DNA of 64,000 nt. It comes from Turneriella sp. Its GTDB lineage: Bacteria; Spirochaetota; Leptospiria; Turneriellales; Turneriellaceae. The stretch covers positions 2,464,001-2,528,000 of the forward strand of contig CBDIID010000003.1 of the NCBI GenBank assembly GCA_965279515.1. The letters run 5' to 3'. Within the stretch, counting starts at the first letter, position 1. Each line of letters begins with the position of its first letter. Shown here in pieces: positions 58,159-64,000 of the stretch. The notes beneath the pieces were generated by a model. The model had not been told where the DNA came from and ran no database searches. It saw only the letters and a program-made list of their open reading frames with translations. The position numbers and the translations under genes are program-made.

Positions 58159-59619
58159 CTATGGCCAGCCGGTAGTCGTACCGCAGATATTTGCAGTTCC
58201 TGAACAAGGGCCTGTTGTCAGCGAGGTTGATAGGGCTTCACCCTCAAGCGCTTTAAGGAAATTCACCAGATCTTCCATTTCCTCATTCGTCATATGGCGC
58301 GTCGTGAGAATTGTATCTTTAGTACCCGGGAAGTTTCCTGCATTTCCTGCAAAGTTATAAAAATTTGCGACGTCCCAGAGACTCGAAAAAGTTCCATTAT
58401 GAAAGTATGGCGGGGTTTTGTTAACGGACCTTAATGTCGGCGTTTTAAACGCTCCGGTATCTGAGGTAGCTGCGGTCAAACTACTAACCTTATCGGTTGC
58501 GGCACCAGATGAATCGAAGGTAGTTGTCGTATTAAAGGCTCCGTTATCCGCAACACTCTTGAGCTTTTCAATACCCGAAAACCGCCCTTGATCGTTCGAA
58601 CCTGACAAGCCACCAACCTGTGGTACTCCTAAGTTATGAAATTTACCATCTGAAAAATTACTTCCACTATGGCACCGGATACAATTCCCCTTACCAATAA
58701 ATATCTTCAGACCACGTTTTTGTGAAACGCTCATGGCATCTTCATTTCCATTCGCCCATTGATCAAAGGAAGAGTTCTTAGAAACTAACTTGCGCTCATA
58801 GGCGGCTATAGCCTTGCCAAAATTTGCAAACATGGTATTCACGTGTACTTCATTGGCAGCACTCAGGCTATCAAAAGTAGTCGTACCGGTAATCAGGTTA
58901 CCACTGGTATCGTAATGTTTACCGTAAGAATTGGTTGACGTTGGCTGGCAATTAGTCGCTCCATTGTTACATAAGGTATCTAGGACTACGGAAGTTTGAA
59001 GCGGGCAAAGCGCTGTAGTTTCAGGCGTTGAGACTCCGCCGCCAAAAACGTTTATATATTCATCGTGATATACAGTATTTTTGCAAATGACCCAAGCCAC
59101 CCCCATTCTGCCAAAGTTTTGGGGATTACCCTCAATAGCGGGTCTTGCCACAGCCCAAACAGAGTCTGCAGAGCCGTCCCATAAAGAATACGTATTGTGC
59201 GCTGTGTTCAAAATAGTCGGACTATTTCGCGAAGTAAAATTTGCGCCTAAAGAAACATCATTGGGTTTCGAAGTATTATCCGCCCAACCAAAACTGGGGT
59301 TGTGGCAGGTGACGCAGCTTATTTTCCTTTCCTGAGCGACAGAAAAATCCGTGCTTGAATTGGCGGGTGTTGTCGTTCTGTTTCCAGTGATAGATATTGA
59401 TCCCGAAAACTGTCTATCCCAGAAAAATTTCTGTCCTAATGTCGCGGCGGTATCGCTCTGATCAAAATTATTCGTCGGATCATCCGGCGGATCGGTATAA
59501 ATCAGGGTCTTGATTATTTCCCTATCCGTATCCGAAAAAAGCACATCCCCGTCGTCCTGTGTCGCGCAAGCCGACAGCAGCAAAAGGGCCGCAGATGATA
59601 CCAGTAGTTTTTTCTTCAT
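58159..59619 (-). CDS. Di-heme cytochrome c peroxidase family lipoprotein (CcpA/MauG/MbnH superfamily)
   Basis: LLSAC lipobox; CVTCH and CIRCH; RNSPT, WDG, FKTPTLR..PYFHNG. Confidence 0.9.
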   Translation of the reverse strand: MKKKLLVSSAALLLLSACATQDDGDVLFSDTDREIIKTLIYTDPPDDPTNNFDQSDTAATLGQKFFWDRQFSGSISITGNRTTTPANSSTDFSVAQERKISCVTCHNPSFGWADNTSKPNDVSLGANFTSRNSPTILNTAHNTYSLWDGSADSVWAVARPAIEGNPQNFGRMGVAWVICKNTVYHDEYINVFGGGVSTPETTALCPLQTSVVLDTLCNNGATNCQPTSTNSYGKHYDTSGNLITGTTTFDSLSAANEVHVNTMFANFGKAIAAYERKLVSKNSSFDQWANGNEDAMSVSQKRGLKIFIGKGNCIRCHSGSNFSDGKFHNLGVPQVGGLSGSNDQGRFSGIEKLKSVADNGAFNTTTTFDSSGAATDKVSSLTAATSDTGAFKTPTLRSVNKTPPYFHNGTFSSLWDVANFYNFAGNAGNFPGTKDTILTTRHMTNEEMEDLVNFLKALEGEALSTSLTTGPCSGTANICGTTTGWP

Positions 59620-59629
59620 ACCATCCCCC

Positions 59630-61105
59630 TTAAAATTTTGCCACCAGCGATGACGTGAAGATATTGTTATTGAACGAATAATTGCTCAGCACACCGACCT
59701 CGAGATTCACGGAATACTCCGCCTTGAAAATGATATTTTCTGTAATATCGACACGCACACCCGGCGTAATCTGAGCGACGTCGACCACGAATACATACTT
59801 CGGATCGATCTCGCGCGCTACGCGGCGGCTGAAACGAGTGTAAATGCCAAAGGTATTCACGAGATCAAAGAGTCCCGGAAAGGAGTACATCCCCTCGATA
59901 TACCATGCCTCGGCCACGTAGTTCTTCGCTTCGTTGATGCCACCGCCATCGGTGTTGATCTTGAACCACTGCCCGCGGATCTGCAGTGCCTTCCAGGCTA
60001 CTTGCAGATCGGGACCGAAATCCCATTGTTTGGGATTGTTCGATGACTGCGCGTCCTGCGGCCCCCACGAGCCGGATGCACCGATTTCGAGCAGCGTGAT
60101 GGGCCCGAAGGCAAAATCATAGCTGAGGCGGCCCGCAACCGTTTTTCCGGTATTGCTCTCGACGGACTCAAAGATGCGCGTATCGGGTGTGAAAGAATTG
60201 CCGTTGGTGAGACCCACGTTCCAGACGAAGCGTTTGTCAAAATGTTTTCCGCGCACCTTTACCCCGATCGGGTTACCGTCCATATAACGACCGACCAGCG
60301 TCGGCGTTACTGTCCAGCGGTCGGGGGCGCGACGCCAGCGGTATTCGATACCGGTGATGCCGATGAACTTACCGGCGGTGAGAGTGATGTCGTACTGCTG
60401 AAAAGGTTTGTAGTCGATAAAGGCCATGTCGAGATTTACAAAGTTACCGTTACCGGTGACGTTCTGCACGACATTCTGGCGCAGCAGAAACTCTGTCGAA
60501 ACCTGCATGCGCACCTTTTCGTGGATCTCGGCAATCATGTCGATGGTAGCGCTGTTAATGGTCGCCATCGGCGCACCCTTGCCCTGCATCGTATCAAACG
60601 CGAGGGGAAAGTTACCCGCCTCGCCCAGATCATGCGCTTCATGGCGCGTGTTCATATAAGTTGAGGCAGGGTCGCCGAGAAAAACCGCCGTCTTATCGGC
60701 GTACTCGGGAAAATAGTTATTCACATCTTTTTGGAAACCCACGCCCTTATTTTGCGCGAAGGAGAAACCCATATCGAGAAAGCCCGTAATAAGAAACGAC
60801 GGTGCTGCCTTAGCGGCAGGCGCGCCGGGGGTGACTTCCGCTTCGGCAACGACATTGGTGCCGCTACCGGGTATAATTTCATCTGAAGCAGGATTTACCG
60901 CTGCGGGAACTGCTTTATTTGCAGAAGCAGCATCGACCGGGGCCGTGCGCGCCTCGGCCTTTTCAGTCTGGGTGGTCTTTTCGGCGACCTTGCGCTGTCT
61001 CGCCTTACGGCGGCGGCGCGCCGCCGAAAGCGCATCGCCCACGAGAATGAGAATGATTACAGCAAAAAATAACCTTTTGGCGGTATGTCCGGTCGATCTG
61101 AGCAT
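59630..61105 (-). CDS. Outer membrane porin-like beta-barrel
   Basis: Signal peptide, low-complexity linker, alternating strands, AGKF...GIEYR, terminal Phe. Confidence 0.7.
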   Translation of the reverse strand: MLRSTGHTAKRLFFAVIILILVGDALSAARRRRKARQRKVAEKTTQTEKAEARTAPVDAASANKAVPAAVNPASDEIIPGSGTNVVAEAEVTPGAPAAKAAPSFLITGFLDMGFSFAQNKGVGFQKDVNNYFPEYADKTAVFLGDPASTYMNTRHEAHDLGEAGNFPLAFDTMQGKGAPMATINSATIDMIAEIHEKVRMQVSTEFLLRQNVVQNVTGNGNFVNLDMAFIDYKPFQQYDITLTAGKFIGITGIEYRWRRAPDRWTVTPTLVGRYMDGNPIGVKVRGKHFDKRFVWNVGLTNGNSFTPDTRIFESVESNTGKTVAGRLSYDFAFGPITLLEIGASGSWGPQDAQSSNNPKQWDFGPDLQVAWKALQIRGQWFKINTDGGGINEAKNYVAEAWYIEGMYSFPGLFDLVNTFGIYTRFSRRVAREIDPKYVFVVDVAQITPGVRVDITENIIFKAEYSVNLEVGVLSNYSFNNNIFTSSLVAKF

Positions 61106-61107
61106 AG

Positions 61108-61689
61108 TTATTGCGTGGCAGGCCTCTTCACAGTATCGACGAAGATATATGCACACATAACCGTAATGGACAACGAAAGCAATCCCCCGCTGACCCGAAG
61201 CAGCATGGCAAAGAGTTCCTTATGCATAAAGAACAGCCCGAAGGTATGGAGCACAACCGAAAAAGCCAGTACCACACCCCAGAGAATCTTCATCTTCTCA
61301 GAGGCACTGGACCAAAGGAAAAGGATAATCAGTGAAAAATAAACCAGGCTTTGTCCGTTCAGGTGCGTATGCCCCAGCTTGAAATTTTCATAGATGAACC
61401 AGTCGACGGCCTTAACTTTGACAGATTCCGTGTCGGCCTCAATGACTACACCGGAAGATTGCCCGTCGTCAGCCTTTTGTGCCGCCTTCATCGCCGACGA
61501 GGGGTCGATGGGCGCTGAGGCCGCATTACCAGCGACACCCTTGCGTTCGATCGATTTATCGCTCGTCAGGCCGTGGTGCCATGAGCTGAGTATTAAGGCT
61601 ACAACCAGAATGCTGCCCATAAGCATTGTGTAGATCGCGATCAGGGTTTTTGCGGACCCCGGAAAATTGCGGATATTCGGCCAGTTCAT
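61108..61689 (-). CDS. Membrane protein with GHTHLNG motif
   Basis: About 4 TM segments; His in or next to TM helices. Confidence 0.65.
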   Translation of the reverse strand: MNWPNIRNFPGSAKTLIAIYTMLMGSILVVALILSSWHHGLTSDKSIERKGVAGNAASAPIDPSSAMKAAQKADDGQSSGVVIEADTESVKVKAVDWFIYENFKLGHTHLNGQSLVYFSLIILFLWSSASEKMKILWGVVLAFSVVLHTFGLFFMHKELFAMLLRVSGGLLSLSITVMCAYIFVDTVKRPATQ

Positions 61690-61778
61690 GGCGGCAAGCG
61701 TACATTCGTGGGTGCATAGGACAAGCCTTTTTCCCGATTAGCAGCCCGGATTTTGTGCACAGTTGTTACGACATGAAT

Positions 61779-63197
61779 TTAATCGCTCTTCACAACCTTA
61801 GCCAAAAGGTTGACTTCGGCAGCGGTTAACTCTTCAATCGGCCGCCCGCGCGTCAGTTCTTTGATTGCCTCGGTGGATTGTTTGAGCCGCGTGCGCAGCG
61901 ACGCCGCCAGGGATTCTTCTGTGTAATAAGACGCCCTGCGCAGAATGCTGCGCGCCATCCACAGGGTGCTTACTGTGACAATAAAGGTATTGATAGTGAT
62001 CTGTAACCATGTCGGCATCAGATTGATATTGGGGCGGCCCGCGAAAAAATAGAAGGTGTTAAACGTCGCCCATGCGCAGATAATGAGCATGCGGTGTCGT
62101 ATATCTTCCTTTGTTGTGTGCGGATTGATACGGACCGCGATTTTCGCATAGACCCATTCGATCGCGCGCCAGGCAAGATAACTCAGCAGAATACTCGCTG
62201 CCATCGCCAGCGGAGCCGCGATAATTTTCGGGATATCGATACTTTGTCCCAGAATAAAAAAGCCGGGGCTTAAAAGCTGGTTCAGCTGCATGTTTTCTTC
62301 ATGCGTCCAGGCGCCTGAAAAGTAATAATCCCAGCCGCCACTATAGAGAAAGTAGTAGAAATAAAACATAAAAACCATACCGAAATAGCCGTAGTAGGCA
62401 AAACGGGTACCGGGCTGCAGATAGGTTTCCCAGTGGCTGCGTTCGAGATCAATATCGGGGCATGGCGAGGCGCAGGCGACGCAGACCGATTGATCGCCGT
62501 CTTTGCCCGGTGCACGGCACATCGACTGGCTCACAGGCTGCTTCGGTACATGCGCTTTCGATTCCAAAAGGCCGCGGGGGGATGTATAGATTTTCTGGAT
62601 CGGCGCGATCGGGCAGAAATAATTACACCAGGTTTTGCCGCCGTAGATGAGGCCAACCAGAATTGCCGCCGAAATAATGCCGATAAAAAATGCCCCGAGC
62701 ACCCAGCGGTCTGAGTTGATAAACAATAGCCGCGCCGTGACCCCGGTACTCAGGAAAATAAACTGAATGGGAAAATGGTATTTACTCAGAAAGGAATCCG
62801 CGGCAATCGTCGCTGGCTTTCTTTCAATCTTACCCGTCTGGCGGTTGAAAGTCTTCTTCAGCCACTGGATGCCGAGATAGTAGGGAATGCGTGAAGCGAA
62901 GGAAAGCGGGCAGATACGGCGCCATGCCTCGTGACCCAGCAGCATGATAATCATCGGCACGCAGGGGAGCACCATCGTCCAGAACATGCGAGCGCCCATC
63001 GCATACGGCTTCTGCTCGAGCACCTGCCCCTGCACCGTGACGGGTATATCTTTGATACGGAACGGAGTGCCACTGTCAGCCGCCGTCAGCTTAATCGTTA
63101 CCGGGTCCCAAAATAATGAGACGATGAGCGTAGCCCAGGCGGCAAAGAGTATAAGACGGACGGTGAGCATCCTGCGTTCGGGAGCCTTGGCAAACAT
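61779..63197 (-). CDS. Polytopic membrane 4Fe-4S-binding protein (NosR/NapH-like CxxxCP)
   Basis: WRRICP, WCNYFCP, CVACASPCPDID. Confidence 0.8.
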   Translation of the reverse strand: MFAKAPERRMLTVRLILFAAWATLIVSLFWDPVTIKLTAADSGTPFRIKDIPVTVQGQVLEQKPYAMGARMFWTMVLPCVPMIIMLLGHEAWRRICPLSFASRIPYYLGIQWLKKTFNRQTGKIERKPATIAADSFLSKYHFPIQFIFLSTGVTARLLFINSDRWVLGAFFIGIISAAILVGLIYGGKTWCNYFCPIAPIQKIYTSPRGLLESKAHVPKQPVSQSMCRAPGKDGDQSVCVACASPCPDIDLERSHWETYLQPGTRFAYYGYFGMVFMFYFYYFLYSGGWDYYFSGAWTHEENMQLNQLLSPGFFILGQSIDIPKIIAAPLAMAASILLSYLAWRAIEWVYAKIAVRINPHTTKEDIRHRMLIICAWATFNTFYFFAGRPNINLMPTWLQITINTFIVTVSTLWMARSILRRASYYTEESLAASLRTRLKQSTEAIKELTRGRPIEELTAAEVNLLAKVVKSD

Positions 63198-64000
63198 TTA
63201 AACCTCGATCTCTACGTAGTTTTTAGCGCGGGAAACGCAGGTCAGTATATATCCCGCTTCACGATCCACGTCGGTCAGCCCGGGCGTGTCTTCACATTCG
63301 ACTTCGCCCTTGATTTTCATAGCACGGCACGTGCCACAGGTGCCGGCACGGCATGAGGATGGTATTTCGATACCTACCTCTTCAGCCAGTTCGAGTATTG
63401 GAATATCCATGTCGCCACCGAAGACTTCGAGGGCCGAGAGGGAAAAATGCACGATCGGGTTAAGGCCCTTTTCACCGGGGGTCGCCCTGGCGGGACTATG
63501 GCGTGCCGCCGGTGCAGGAACCGTATCGACCTTGGGCTCTGCTGCCGTCGGGGTCGCATCAGCCTTGGGCGCACCGGAACCAAAACTCTCCTGGCGGAAG
63601 CGCTCCTTAACGGGAAAGTTGTTTTTTTCGAGAAGGAGTTTTACGTTCTTCATGAACGAATCGGGGCCGCACGTAAATACCATGCGCTCGGATAAATCAG
63701 GAGCTATCTGAAAGAGTCTTTCTTCATTGAGACGCCCCTTCATGCCGGGCCAGCTATCGGGTATCGAGGTCGAAGTGAACGACGTCATATACCTGAAGTT
63801 GCGGTTCGCCGACGTAAAGGTAATCATATCCTCCGCAAAGACCGCATCTTCAGGCTCGCGTATCGAGTGAAAGAATATGACATCCGGGTGGGCACCGGTA
63901 TCATGCCACCAGCGCGCCATCGACAGCATCGGTGTGATGCCGCTGCCGGCGGCGAGAAACAGGTACTTGTCAGATGTCGTATCGAAACAATGGAATTTTC
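63198..64000 (-). CDS. FNR-like NAD(P)H oxidoreductase with C-terminal 2Fe-2S ferredoxin (5' end outside window)
   Basis: AAGSGITPM, TCGP, ESF, CRAGTCGTC...LTC; frame open to the window edge. Confidence 0.9.
   Translation of the reverse strand, partial: KFHCFDTTSDKYLFLAAGSGITPMLSMARWWHDTGAHPDVIFFHSIREPEDAVFAEDMITFTSANRNFRYMTSFTSTSIPDSWPGMKGRLNEERLFQIAPDLSERMVFTCGPDSFMKNVKLLLEKNNFPVKERFRQESFGSGAPKADATPTAAEPKVDTVPAPAARHSPARATPGEKGLNPIVHFSLSALEVFGGDMDIPILELAEEVGIEIPSSCRAGTCGTCRAMKIKGEVECEDTPGLTDVDREAGYILTCVSRAKNYVEIEV

Noticed and set aside
1..64000. CRISPR array, rRNA, tRNA, transposase or integrase
   Set aside because: No regularly spaced repeats, cloverleaf structures or DDE/tyrosine recombinase motifs were recognised by eye

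Overview
Gene-dense 64 kb bacterial window that looks like a Leptospiraceae spirochete, probably Turneriella-like. This is an inference from spirochete-style lipoproteins, CheX paralogs and FecR/LipL45-like and Lsa36-like proteins. (1) Bases 1 to about 19,450 form a visibly more AT-rich block (judged by eye). It encodes an envelope-spanning machine: a degenerate, truncated FlhA/SctV export-gate paralog, an RDD protein, a TPR lipoprotein, TolC, a long-hairpin periplasmic adaptor, two Big_5 Ig-repeat lipoproteins, two RND permeases with altered proton-relay motifs, and two PPIase-less SurA/PrsA-like proteins. This is a candidate undescribed secretion or surface-assembly system rather than a drug pump. 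(2) The GC-richer middle holds housekeeping and accessory genes: mgtA, ilvB with an unannotated poly-Val leader peptide, clpC, rsmH, plsC, lpdA, higBA and vapBC toxin-antitoxin pairs, two REC-adenylate cyclases, a CheW-less CheA-like sensor, and cheY-cheX-cheX. (3) The right end is a redox operon: flavin/2Fe-2S reductase, 4Fe-4S membrane protein, His-bearing membrane protein, porin and di-heme peroxidase. Three intergenic copies of a 53-55 nt element share the same GGA-loop secondary structure but have fully covaried stems. At least two genes appear to need CTG start codons. No rRNA, tRNA, CRISPR array or transposase was recognised.
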